The position numbers were made by a program, and so were the translations under genes. From the NCBI GenBank assembly GCA_964016885.1, contig OZ024740.1, forward strand, positions 394,010,001-394,074,000: a stretch of 64,000 bases of DNA. The letters run 5' to 3'. Source of the DNA: Eledone cirrhosa. Its lineage: Eukaryota. The notes beneath the pieces were generated by a model. It ran no database searches, had not been told where the DNA came from, and was given only the letters and a program-made list of their open reading frames with translations. The first letter of the stretch is position 1. Every line of letters begins with the position of its first letter. Shown here piece after piece: positions 1 to 13,148 of this stretch.

Positions 1-1228
1 TGTGGCAAGTGCAGAGGCGTTTCACTGCTATCTGTGGCTGGGAAGATCTTGCACAGGATATTGTTGCGCAGATTAATACAGCACATTGCTGTTGAGATAC
101 TTCCTGAGACCCAATGTGGATTTAGGAATGGCAGAGGCACTGTTCACATGGTATTCTCGGCCAAACAACTTCAAGAGAAATTCATTCAGCAGCGCATGGA
201 CTTATACCAAGTTTTTGTCGATCTGACCAAGGCATTTGACACTATAAGTCAGAAAACTTTGTGGGTTATTTTGGAGAGATTGGGCTGTCCTGAAAAGTTT
301 GTAAACATACCCAAGCTCTTCCACGATGACATGCATGCATGGGTAAACATCGGAGGTAAACTGTCTGAGCCAATCCCGGTTGAAAATGGTGCAGGGGAGG
401 AATCTCAATGAAGACCAATGTAAACGTGTATGCCGCATGTGTACTGTCAGCTTTGCTGTATGCGTGTGAGACATCGGTTGCCTACAAACGGCATAGCTAA
501 AGACTGGAACGATTTCACCAGCAGTGTCTCAGGAAGATGCTTAGTATCAAGTGCAGATGTATGTCAGTGATATTGAGGACCTTGAGAGAAGTGAATGTCG
601 GTGCATTGAAAGTATCATCCACCAACCACATTTACGATGGACCGGACACCTCTGCAGAATGGAGGACGAACGAATCCCGAAACAACCTTTCTATGGCGAG
701 CTTTGCAAAGGTAAGAGACCACCTCACAAGCCAAAGCTCAGATTCAAAGATTGTGTTAAGGACACATCGAAAAGAAAAACTGGTTTGATGGTGGCTTACT
801 GGAAGATAGAAGCTTTTGAGAAAGAAACTTGGCATGGAGTGGTGAATGATGGGGTCCATAACTTTGAGGACAGACTCATAGAGCACGAGAAGATCAAACA
901 GGATGTGCGTAAGCAATGCACTGGTGTATCTCTCGAAACAATCGGTGTCTCCATTGAATTGAAGTGCCTTGAGTGTGGAAAGATTTGCTTGAGCAAATCT
1001 TGTCTCAGGAGCCACAGTCACAGCCGTATTCACAGAGAACCAGTGAACTATGATCTCCACGGTGTTGCGAAGGTTCACAGGCAACCTCATGCAAGACCTG
1101 AGGCCAGGGAGATCCATAGTTGTCGTCAATGTGCGAAGGAGTACAAGTCTCTAGCAGGCTTGAAAATCCATATCCGTCACACATCTGAATCTGTCAAGCG
1201 ATTGCAATACTCTTAGCGTGAGCCATCA
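1..1228 (+). mobile_element. RTE-clade LINE, 3' part (RT N-terminal motifs, internal deletion, C-terminal C2H2 zinc fingers), decayed
   Basis: ORF 34..411 has QCGFRNGRGT and FVDLTKAFD RT motifs. ORF 551..1216 has LRWTGHLCRM..RIPKQ.FYGEL and CxxC..H fingers. The sequence jumps at ~400 from ENG to the post-RT region, so the RT core is missing. Ends in gccatc + (ATGT)n like the other RTE copies. Confidence 0.9.
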
Positions 1229-1306
1229 TGTATGTATGTATGTATGTATGTATGTATGTATGTATGTATGTATGTATGTATGTATGTATGTATGTATGTA
1301 TGTATG
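1228..1306 (+). repeat. (ATGT)n tail of the RTE LINE
   Basis: Pure tetranucleotide run directly after the LINE 3' end. Confidence 0.95.
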
Positions 1307-1364
1307 CAGTGGCGGACAGGGTCTAGGAATATTTGTTGCCAGGAGATAAAGGAGGCCCACCTAT

Positions 1365-2220
1365 TTATAGAATGCTATCATTTAATTTTTATAATGAATA
1401 AATAACATTTTCGAAAAATACATAAGTAGAAACAAAACAGTGCAATCAAATTTTTGCGGAAAAATATCTTACCTTCTCCAATAAAAAATATTATGTGTTT
1501 TGCGAAATCCAGAGAATTTCAATAATGACCAGATGTCGACCCTAAATATTACTAACAGCTCTAGGAAAGCCATGAATGCCACCACATCTTTTAAACTTTG
1601 ATTTTGAAAGTAGGTTAACTTTCGTTGTACCTTTGTAGCTGTCTCTGTGGCCTACTTGAAGGAATCCTAGACGGTGCTGATCCCGGTCTGAAGTTCGATC
1701 CTGGTTGGAAGCCGGGTTCCCGGTATACCTTTTCAGTTTTTTTCTTTGTGTTTTAAAATAAAAACTGAAAAGGTTATCTCTCAACTAGGATTGAACCCAA
1801 GGACAAGATTTTCACCATCTCTAGTACCTACCGCTAGGCAACAGAAGCAACTACGAAAAATCTTCTGAAAATTCATACTTATAAACCTACTTTCAAAATG
1901 TTCAAAAGAAAGTGTTGTGGTGTCGTTCAGGTCTTTCTTAATAATATTGCTGCTACTTAAGGTCGACTTCTAAATCCTTTGGGTGTTCCATAAACTACAT
2001 CCTCGTTTTGTTTCACATCTATCTAGACTATATTTTAACCTATAATCCATGTTTCATTTCTATTGCACCTCATTCCCCCCACCCCTCATTCCCCCCACCC
2101 CATCTCTCTCTTTCTCGCTGTGATATTTGAATCTACCATGATTTGGGCTTACTTTATACATATATATATATATATATATGTTTTTGTATATCAGATTCAA
2201 ACTTACAATGATTGGCATTA

Positions 2221-2293
<73 letters not shown>

Positions 2294-3240
2294 GTAAGCT
2301 ATCGCCGTATTTTGACTAAAGAAATTAAAGAATTTCTTTTATAATAATTTCAAACTCGCTCGCTGATTCGAAAATATTATTACTATATATATCATTTGTT
2401 TGCTAATATTATCAAATTAAGTTAATTCAACAGTTAAACACACATGGGAATAATAAGGTTGTTACCAAAGGACCAGAAGATTGACAAGTCGACCCTAAAT
2501 ATTACTAATAGCTCTAGGAAAGCCATGAACAACATCACATCTTTTTAACTTTGATTTTGAAAGTAGCTTTATAATTATAAATTTTCATTATATTTTTTAT
2601 ATCTGTCTCGGTGGCCTAGTTGGAGGAATCATAGACGCTGTTTTTTTCTCTTGTTTGTAAAATAAAAATTGAAAAAGGTTACATGTACCTCTTGACCAGG
2701 ATCTCGACCGTCTCTAGTACCTACCGCTAGACCACAGAGACAACTACGAAAATCTTATGAAAATTCCTACTTATAAACCTACTTTCAAAATTTTCGAATC
2801 AGAATGATGTGGTGTCGATAATGTCTTTCTTAATGTTATTGCTCCTACTTAAGGTCGACTTCTGGGTGTTCCATAAACTACATCCTCGTTTTGTTTCTCA
2901 TCTATCTAGACTACATTTTAACCTGTAATCCATGTTTCATTTCTGTTCCACCTCATTTCTCCCCCCTCCCCCTCTCTGTGATATTTAAATCTACTATGAT
3001 TTGGGCTTACCATATTCCTATATATATATTTATGCATGTCAGATAAATTCAAAATTACAATGATTGGCATTATATATAGAATGCTATCATTTAATTTTTA
3101 TAATGAATAAATGCCATTTTCAATAAATACATAAGTGGAAACAAGACAGTGCAATCAAATGTTTGCAGAAAAATATCTTACCTCCTCAAATAAAATATAT
3201 TATGTATCTTGCGAAATCCAGAGACTTTCAATAATGACCT
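1365..3240. repeat. Two permuted copies of a ~0.8-kb non-coding element (X-Y ... Y-X) with an internal diverged inverted repeat
   Basis: X at 1365-1530 matches 3075-3240; Y at 1533-2220 matches 2487-3072. Y has self-complementary arms (gtcgaccctaa/ttaaggtcgac; ttttgaaagtag/ctactttcaaaa). Confidence 0.8.
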
Positions 3241-3265
3241 TTGGTCTTTCACACCACTCTCTCTT

Positions 3266-3324
<59 letters not shown>

Positions 3325-3332
3325 CAAAGGAA

Positions 3333-3433
3333 TTGTGGTAAGGAACTAAATGGACCATAATGCACCAGAGTACTCAATACTTAAGGTAGTAGAGTGGGAA
3401 ATAGGAAAAAGTATGACCCCATACTTTTTCCTA
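3333..3433 (-). mobile_element. Short HHR-associated element fragment with terminal fold-back (same family as 18436-18610, 21967-22020, 34908-35020)
   Basis: Shared sequence gtggtaaggaac...agtactc...gtagagtggg..taggaaaaagtatgacccc; flanked by (TA)n. Confidence 0.75.
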
Positions 3434-3604
3434 TATATATATATATATATATATATATTTCTAGGGCGGGTAAAATTCCCGAGATCCATGGACGAGTTCT
3501 CTCCAGCGGTCTCTGTCCCTCATTATCGTGCCTAGTCCTGCGTCTCCAACAGACCAGTGTCTGTCCTTAGGGCATCGGCATATGTTAACCTCGGTCTACC
3601 TCTT

Positions 3605-3862
3605 CCAGTATGTCCCTGCAGGGGCGCCCACAGGAGCCCAAGTCATTACACCTGATGGGATGACAGAGTTGTTTGAGATACTGGCTGGAGTGCTCCAGGG
3701 AGATACATTGGCTCCCTACATTTTTATCATCGTAGTGGACTATTGTATGCGCCTTGCACTGGAGAAACACCAGGACTCAGGCTTTACTGTAGCACCGGCT
3801 CAGAGCAGGAGAGTTAAGGCGAAAAAGATATCGCATGCTGAATTTGCTGACGACATAGTGTT
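3605..3862 (+). pseudogene. Non-LTR retrotransposon RT fragment (RTE-like)
   Basis: GVLQGDTLAPYIFIIVVDY and FADDIVL motifs in ORF 3528..3980. Confidence 0.85.
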
Positions 3863-4299
3863 GGGCAACATGGCAACCTGGCCAGTCGGCCACTCTATGT
3901 ATGTATATATACCGTATATGTCTGTGCATAGGCTGGAGATAAAACCTTCAAAAATTGCCCAAAATCGATGGGTCGCTTGATTGTGGTCACGTGAAGCAGG
4001 ATAAAGCTTTAAAATAAAAATAGAAAAACGCCTGCAGTGTATCTTATTATTTCAGCATTTCTAATATTAGATATACATTGAGTAAATATTCAATTGCATT
4101 TCAATTAAATACTAAATTAGATTGCATGCCTCGTTAGATCCTGTAAAATATCTAATGCCTAGATGATGGCTCTAGTGATTCAAAAAACGGATAACAGATA
4201 AAGATCCCATAACTCCTTCTGGAGTCGTAGAGACACTGTCATACGGCGTGTCTAGGGCACTTTTAAACCTGGTCTGAACACAGACGATTTTTTCCATAG

Positions 4300-4660
4300 A
4301 GCAAGAATGGACCCCAGTACTGGACTGGTACTTTTTCTATCGACCTCGAAAGGATGAAAGGCAAAGTTGACCACGGCGGTATTTGAACTCAGAGCGCGCA
4401 ATGATGTGGGATGAATACCGTAAAGCATTCTATCTGACGTCTTAACGACTCCGCCAACTCGCTGCTTTAGTGATTACGCTATACCAACCCGAGCATATTT
4501 GATGTATACAATTGTTTCTACTTTTGGCACAAGGCCAGCAATTACCCAGTACATTACTGGTACTTTATTTTATCGACCTCGTAAGGATGAAAGGCAAAGT
4601 TAACCGTGGCGGGATTTGAACTCAGATCGTAAAGGGACGTAACTATGCTGGAAAGCAAGA
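4300..4660 (-). mobile_element. Two tRNA-derived SINE copies
   Basis: Shared core tactggtactttattttatcgacc..aaggatgaaaggcaaagtt..ggcgggatttgaactcag (B-box GTTCAAAT on the minus strand). Confidence 0.8.
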
Positions 4661-5204
4661 TGGTTAGAAATTAACAGTTTTTGTCAAATAAATAACAATA
4701 ATTATTCTTAATTTATTAATCAAAACATTGTTCCGTTGGTTTGTGCTTAACAGCATTCCACTGGAAATTAGGCAGGTTGATAAAGAAGTTTGGGTAGTGA
4801 ACTCTTAGCGATATATGTCAGATTCTGTAACTATTAGAATGTTGTCTGTATTGCCAAGTAGAAACTATTACAACACAGATAAGGTTATATTACCGAAGGT
4901 TACAAATCCTTTAATGTACGCTTGTGAAATATTACCGGGAAGTTCTCATTAGCGGGAAATTCTACTCGCCATCTAATACTTCATGTCACTCTACATTACG
5001 ATATATATATGTTTACATATACAGGTCGGTGTATTATGATTTAGAATGTAAATTAACACATAAATAGATCAACACACACACACGCACGCGAGCGCACACA
5101 CACACACAGACACACAGACACACACACATACACACATACACACACACACGCACACACACCACGCACACACACACGCACACATAGAGACACACATAGGCAC
5201 ACAG

Positions 5205-5260
<56 letters not shown>

Positions 5261-5319
5261 CTGTTGATTTAAAACTTCATTATTCACAAGTGTTTTTTAA
5301 GCTTCATATCATGTCTCCC

Positions 5320-5390
5320 TATTTTATCTGATGAGAACGCAGATATCATCCCATGACGATATTTGTTTTTGAAATGCGCATAATAAAATA
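5320..5390 (+). ncRNA. Type I hammerhead ribozyme (minimal, palindromic stem III)
   Basis: tattttat-CTGATGA-stem II (gcagatatc/gatatttgt)-GAAA-tgcgca-TA-ataaaata; perfect 8-bp stem I. Confidence 0.8.
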
Positions 5391-5592
5391 CTTGGAACCC
5401 TTTTATCCATCTTTTGATCTTATATTATTTATACTCCAATCCTACAAACTGTAGAGTGCTACTTATCCTATATCTGCATTGCTTTATTGTGCTACAATAA
5501 AACTCACCTCCTACACACATATATATGCATTCAAAAATGTGCTGTTGTTTTCTCTGACATTTAATTCATGCTATATATATATATATATATAT

Positions 5593-6190
5593 ATGGTGGC
5601 TGCCAACTCGTTTTCGAGTACGGCCACTACTTTATATCCATGTAGGAGAACCCCTACTGATGCGCTGAACAAGTGTGACATTTTAGTCCAGCCAGCGACT
5701 TGAAAACTCTGGTACAAACACTACACTTGTGACAATTATTGACACATAGTGCTGGGCCCATGTTACCATGTGATGACAAGTGCAGAGAGATCTCCAGATA
5801 TAAAGCAATGCCTCTGCTGTGAAGCTTTTATAGTAAGCAAAGGCACTGCACAAAGCCAGTCCCACTCTCTTAACCAAGATGATACCATACAAGTCAACAT
5901 CATTGGATACCATCAGGGTTGCAGGTGTTATATCAGAGTTTTCCTTCTCCTAGAATTCTGCCTTGAAAAAGGCTAAGGGGTCATCTCTCCCGGTGATTTT
6001 GGATGGCCATTGACTCTTAAGAGCTACTTTGCCCTTTGACAGGTTTTGTTTTTAGTCCTGCAGGATGTCCAAAGTCACCCTCCTCACCAAGAAATCTTGA
6101 TGGGGTTGCCAGTTTAGTCGCCAACGACCCGACCATGAACCAGGTTGTACTGGGATACATGTTACTAGTAGCACCAACTGGTGACCTGAC
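5593..6190 (-). mobile_element. ~600-bp non-autonomous RTE-derived element (family B), full length
   Basis: Near-identical to 42411-43019; 3' end shares the tggcc.tactcga.aacgag..ggcagcca.catgt terminus with the RTE LINE. Confidence 0.85.
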
Positions 6191-6229
6191 ATAATATATA
6201 TATATACATACATACATATATATATATCT

Positions 6230-6776
6230 ATGGTGGCTGCCAACTCGTTTTCGAATACGGCCCCTACTTTATATCCATGTAGGAGAACCCCTACCGATGC
6301 GCTGAACGGGTGTGACTTTTTAGTCCAACCAGCGACTTGAAAACTCTGGTACAAACACTACACTTGTGACAATTATTGACATAGTGATGGGCCCATGGTA
6401 CCATGTGACGACAAGTGCAGAGAGATCTCCAGATATAAAGCAATGCCTGTGCCGTGAAACTTTTATAGTGACCAAAGGCACTGCATAAAGCCATTCCCAC
6501 TCTCTTAACCAAGGTGATATTTACCAAAAAGAAGAACAAGTCAACATCATTGGATACCATCAGAGTTGGAGGTGTTATATCAGAGTTTTCCTTCTCCTAG
6601 AATTCTGCCTTGACAAAGGCTAAGGGGTCATCTCTCCCGATGATTTTGGATGGCCATTGACTCTTAAGAGCTCCTTTGCCCTTTGACAGGTTTTATTTTT
6701 AGTGCTGCAGGATGTCCAAAGTCACCCTACTCACCAAGAAACCTTGGCGCGGTTGCCAGTTTAGTCGCCAACGACC
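6230..6776 (-). mobile_element. Family B RTE-derived element, 5'-truncated
   Basis: Aligns to the adjacent copies; encodes the remnant finger CSVCTRVFKSLVGLKSHTRSAHR. Confidence 0.85.
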
Positions 6777-6797
6777 ATACATACATATATACATATA

Positions 6798-7417
6798 CGG
6801 TGGCTGCCAACTCGTTTTCGAGTACGGCCACTATTTTATATCCATGTAGGAGGACTCCTACTGATGCGCTGAACGAGTGTGACTTTTTAGTCCAGCCAGC
6901 GACTTGAAAACTCTGGTACAAACACTACACTTGTGACAATTATTGACACATAGTGCTGGGCCCATGGTACCATGTGACGACAAGTGCAGAGAGATCTCCA
7001 TATATAAAGCCTGTGTGCAGAGAGATCTCCATATATAAAGCCTGTGCCGTGAAGCTTTTATAGTGAGCAAAGGCACTGCACAAAGCCAGTCCCACTCTCT
7101 TAACCAAGATGATATTTACCAAAAAGAAGAACAAGTCAACATCATTGGATACCATCAGAGTTGCAGGTGTTATATCAGAGTTTTCCTTCTCCTAGAATTC
7201 TGCCTTGACAAAGGCTAAGGGGTCATCTCTCCCGGTGATTTTGGATAGCCATTGACTCTTAAGAACTGCTTTGACAGGTTTTGTTTTTAGTCCTGCAGGA
7301 TGTCCAAAGTCACCCTCCTCACCAAGAAACTTGGTGGGGTTGCCAGTTTAGTCACCAACGACCCGACCATGAGACAGGTTGTACTGATACATGTTACCAG
7401 TAGCACCAACTGGTGAC
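6798..7417 (-). mobile_element. Family B RTE-derived element with a small internal duplication
   Basis: Aligns to the other copies; gtgcagagagatctccatatataaagcctgt is duplicated at ~6985-7045. Confidence 0.85.
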
Positions 7418-7473
7418 TGGTGTGTGTATGTATATATGTATGTATATATACATATATACATACATATATACAT

Positions 7474-7507
<34 letters not shown>

Positions 7508-7514
7508 TATAATA

Positions 7515-7960
7515 TAATTGTTTCTACTTTTGGCACAAGGCCTTCAATTATCTTTATTTTATCGACCACGTAAGGATGAAAAGCAAAGTTAACCTCGGCG
7601 GGATTTGAACTCAGTTCATAAAGGGACGTAGCTATGCTGGAAAGCATGTCGTCGAACTCCCTACCGATACTGCCAATCCACCTCCCTATAATATAATATA
7701 ATATAATATAATATAATATAATATAATATAATATAATATAATATAATATAATATAATATAATATAATATAATATAATATAATATAATTGTTTCTACTTTT
7801 TGGCACAAGGCCAGCAATTATTCAGTACATTACTGGTACTTTATTTCATCGACCCCGTGAGGATGAAAGCCAAAGTTAACCTCGGCGGGATTTGAACTCA
7901 GATCATAAAGGGACGTAACTATGCTGGAAAGCATGTCCGAGCCTCTACCGATACTGCCAA
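7515..7960 (-). mobile_element. Two tRNA-derived SINE copies separated by (TATAA)n
   Basis: Same SINE core as 61210-61632; pentamer repeat at 7688-7787. Confidence 0.85.
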
Positions 7961-8447
7961 AACATATAATATAATATAATATAAGGAAGAGAGAGAAGAA
8001 AGAGAGAGAGAGCGAGAAAAAGAATGATAGTGAGAGAGAGATAGACAATGTGTGTGCATAGTAATGTTTGTATATCTTTGCGTCTGTCAGACTGTCTGTC
8101 TACCAGTGTGTATAATTAATAAAGTAATTAGCTAATATAGAGGTACGCAAATGTCTGTGTGTGTATGGAAATGTAAGTTTAATGTGTACTTTGTGCAGAA
8201 CAGAGGCAGTAAATCTGGTGTAAATTTCCAAGCTACCAGCATGACGCTCGTTATAGTTGCAGCTGGGAATAGAAACTGCTAAGTAATGAATTAGCCGGAA
8301 GGAGAAGTAGCAGGTATGGCGATCTCCAATCGATACGATGTCGATATTGGGAAGTTATTGTTTTTGTTATGTATATTGTAATCTAGTTGGGTTATTAATT
8401 TAGACGAACTCTGTACCCTATATAACCAATATTGTAGTATTATATGT

Positions 8448-8622
8448 ATTGGCAGTATCGGTAGAGGGTCGGACATGCTTTCCAGCATAGTTACGTCCCT
8501 TTACGTTCTGAGTTCAAATCCCGCCGAGGTTAACTTTGCCTTTCATCCTTACGGGGTCGATGAAATAAAGTACCAGTAATGTACTGATAAATTTCTGGCC
8601 TTGTGCCAAAAATTAGAAACAA
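8448..8622 (+). mobile_element. tRNA-derived SINE
   Basis: A-box-like ttggcagtatcggtag, B-box gagttcaaatcc, and the family 3' core. Confidence 0.85.
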
Positions 8623-8653
8623 TTATATGTATGTATGTATGTTTGTATGTATG

Positions 8654-9220
8654 TACGAGAAAGTAAAGCGGGATGTGAGGAAGGGCATTGCTGTTGCACT
8701 TCCAGACGGCGAGGGTCATCCTATGGTGCTGACATGCAGCGTCTGTGCGAGACTCTGCCTAAGCAACGCTGGACTCGAAAGTCATCTTCGCAGTCATAAA
8801 GTAAGACCAGTGGTTGACTACCAGGCTGCTGTTGGAGATGCTACTCATCATGCTTGCCAAACATGTGGTAGAGAATGTAAATCAGCAGGAGGGCTCAAAC
8901 GACATGCAAAAGTACACGAACTCCAACCACAGCCGACTATTCCCAGTGAATGTTTTGGTTGCCGACTCTGTGCAAGACATTTTAGATCATTGGCTGGGTT
9001 AAAAAGCCACATTCGATCGCAGCGCTGTTAATTCCTATTGTGTGTGTGTGTATAGATGTGTTTATGTGTGTGCATGTGTGTGTATATATATATATATGTA
9101 TATTATTATTATTGTTGTTGTTGTCGTTATTATTATTGTTGTTATTGTTATTATTATTGTTGCTATTATGTTTTTTTTTCTCGTGCAATGGCCATACTCG
9201 ATAACGAGGGGACAGCCATC
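8654..9220 (+). mobile_element. RTE LINE 3' fragment (three C2H2 fingers, 3'UTR, terminus)
   Basis: ORF 8603..9031 is nearly identical to the C-terminus of ORF 51887..53056; terminus gtgcaatggccatactcgataacgag...gccatc followed by (ATGT)n. Confidence 0.92.
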
Positions 9221-9444
9221 ATGTATGTATGTATGAATGTATGTATGTATGTATGCATGTATGCATGCATGTATGTATGTATGTATGTATGTATGCATGT
9301 ATGCATGCATGTATATATGTATGTATGTATTTATGGATGGATGTATGTACGTAAGTATGTTGTGTGCATGTATGCATGTATGTATGCATGCATATATGTG
9401 TATGTATGTATGAATGAATGTATGTATACATGTATGTATGTATT

Positions 9445-9988
<544 letters not shown>

Positions 9989-10012
9989 GCACACACACAC
10001 ATACACACACAC

Positions 10013-10091
<79 letters not shown>

Positions 10092-10119
10092 TACATATAT
10101 GTATGTATTCTTCCCGGGA

Positions 10120-11650
10120 CACTATCTTGTTAAGTTAAATACAGAGGAAAACTATATTGTCACTGATAAATAGAGTTTCGCAGGGGTATGTTTTAGGGAG
10201 ACTGTCTCTCTTTGTGGTGCTATTTATACGGTCAGTTGACCCTTATGATGTGGAAATATGAAGGATATATAATTGCTTCAGAGGAGGCCAGAAACACAAA
10301 CTTAACACAGAGCTACTTTGTGGAAGACTATAAACTTTATGCCGAGAATATAAATGGTATGAATAAAAACCTTAATCTGGTTACGGCGTTCTAGAAAAAT
10401 ATAGGATGGAGTTGGGCTCCTATATGATTGTAAAGCGAAGAAAAACTACAACCTAACATCATCTCTATCAATGGCCTGGCGGTTTCATTGGTTTCTTCTA
10501 CAGATACGTAGTGATAGTTGAAAATATATTATAATATTATGGTATTTGTAACAAGGAACTAGAAACCAGAGAATATAGCAGCTGATTAAGGAAAATATAA
10601 TCTTCTGCGCTCAATAAACCAGTGCCCCTAAGGTATTTGCTAAATCTGTGTTGACAATAAAGTTTGGGCTAGTTGACAGCCTCTACCTGAAACATAAATG
10701 GTAAACCAGAGGGTTAAAATCAGTCCAAACACCATTTGAGTGCCACATCATATCACTCCGAAGACATCTAAGAACCACCAAGCGTAGAAGCTCATCTATA
10801 AAACAAGTCTGACTACATGAGGCAAATAACATCATGAGGGTGGGGAAGGAGCTCCTTGAGAAATACTCCCTTCATGATAACTAGAATCTCACATCAACAG
10901 AAATTGCACAGCAATACAGCGATGAATCCATGGATGAAAAGCTGTATACTCACCAGCAAAACACCTTGCGTGGCTAGTTGGCAGAAAGCTTTGAAGAGAG
11001 AGTAATATAGATAAGAAGAAAGTTTTGGGCCAACAACCGGCATATTGGCTCTCACCTTTGATGATATGCTTTTTGCAATCCAAGAATTGTAGATAACAAC
11101 GATATACCTAGTACACAAAAGAGATGGGATGCAGACAAAACACCTAGATGTGGCATCATATGCAGAATCTGCGGAATAAACATCGAAGTTGTCACAAATA
11201 ATAAGCAGCTGTCCAAAGAAATCTGTAGAATGGATAGCCTTGAGAATAAACGTATAAAAATTACGGTGGTGTAGAGGACATATACACACAGAATATGAAA
11301 GAGTACTGGTGGACTGTTCCAGTCAAATATAACAGACCAGACAAAGAGATATGGAACAGAGGAGGGAAGGCATGCACAGCAGTGGAAATCAGCTGCTTAG
11401 CAGATATAAATATAATGCTAAAAATTTAGCGAAAAAGAGAACATTTATGCTAAACTAATGAGGAATCTGCAGATACTCCATCCTGACTATACTTTTAGGT
11501 CTGTTAATTGGGGCTCCGATATATGTTACAAACTGAGAAGCTGGACTACAGAGTCAGGAAGGACACAGTTAGTTCGGAAGCTGCAAGTAGAGTCCATTAA
11601 TGAAACTCCAAACATATGTAAAACATTTCAGAAATTTAGTTTGGAATAAC
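10120..11650 (+). pseudogene. Decayed R4-like (RLE) non-LTR retrotransposon
   Basis: Remnants of RG.FQGD.LS, FVEDYKLYA (YxDD region) and a CRICG..IISSCP zinc knuckle; many stop codons. Confidence 0.6.
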
Positions 11651-11869
11651 TGCATATACACATGTATAGATACAAAGGCATATGTACATATACACACATA
11701 ACTCAAAATATACAAATCCACACATGAAATAACAACCATACCTGTAAACACAATAATACATACAGATATACACACGTATTTATCTAATTGATGTCTAAAT
11801 TCCGATGAAAGAGTTTGTTTCTGTGCTAGAAACGGATCTCTCTCTCTATTGGTGAACATTTATTAAATA

Positions 11870-12087
11870 ATGGTTTCTCATATAGGTACAAGGCCAGCAA
11901 TTTTGAGGGGGGGGGGGGGAAGTCGATTAAATCGACATCACTAGGTGACTGGTACTTTATTTTATCGACCCTGTTAGGATGAAAGGCAAAGTTAACATCG
12001 GCGGGATTTGAACTCAGTTCATAAAGGACCATAACTCTATACTGCAAAGCATGTGTCTGACGCTCTACCGATACTGCCAATCTACCG
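11870..12087 (-). mobile_element. tRNA-derived SINE
   Basis: Family core sequence. Confidence 0.85.
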
Positions 12088-12235
12088 AAAATTTATAAAA
12101 TAATAAAACCAGAAGTACGTACACACACATACATACATAAATACATGTATACATATATACATACATATATACATATATACATACATACTTATATACATAG
12201 CAACATTCACACGGACGCACTCCCCACCCCTCATA

Positions 12236-13148
12236 TATATATATATATATATAAAAAGTAAGTCCATAGAATCATTAGATAAAATATATACAGTATTTCT
12301 TCTCCCAATCAGCATAAATCAACCACACAAAAAAATCATTTAAACGAGGCTATAAGTTTAAAATATACTTATGAAGAAACAATAGATAAATGATATAGCT
12401 TTTTATCCGTGATTCACAGCTACAGAAAATATGCCTAGTATTTCTGATAGCCTGTAGAAATTGACTGACATACAGTTAACCATACATAATTAGGTACAAA
12501 ATCAAAGTTAGAAGAAAAAATGTACATAAACCTTACCAAAATCATCAAAATATCTCTACCCCCAAATTTTATATACTCCCGTAAGGTTGAGTAAAGCTTT
12601 AGGCAGTATTCGGCTGCACTTTCTAGCAACCAGCGTACTCACCGACAGGCACCAATTACAAACTTTCTGCCTTGACCACTGTCCTCGTGACGATTCTTAG
12701 CCATTTTGAATTCGTTTCTGGCGGGGATCATGTAAGAAAAATCTTTGTCCAATTGGGTTTATCTCCGGATGATTTCCAACCTCGTTGATTTATCCAAGAT
12801 CGGATATATCCAAAAAGTGAATGAAACCACCTGGGGTAGAGATATTTTGATGATTTTGGTATGTTTATGTACATTGTTTCTTCTAACTTTGACTTTGTAC
12901 CTAATTATGTATGGTTAACTATATGTCTAGTCAATTTCTACAGGCTATCAGAAATAATGGGTAAATTTTCTGTAGCTGTGAATCGCGGATAAAAAGCTAT
13001 ATCATTTATCTATTGTTTCTTCATAAGTATATTTTAAACTTATAGCCTCGTTTAAATGATTTTTATGTGGTTGATTTATGCTGATTGGGAGAAGAAATAC
13101 TGTATATATTTATCTAATGATTCTATGGACTTACTTTATATATATATA
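12236..13148. mobile_element. Fold-back insertion with ~320-bp inverted arms and a degenerate HHR (Penelope-like terminus)
   Basis: 12236-12562 is the reverse complement of 12833-13148; both ends lie in (TA)n; HHR-like tatctc-CGGATGA...GAAA-ccacctgggg-TA-gagata at 12760-12844. Confidence 0.75.
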
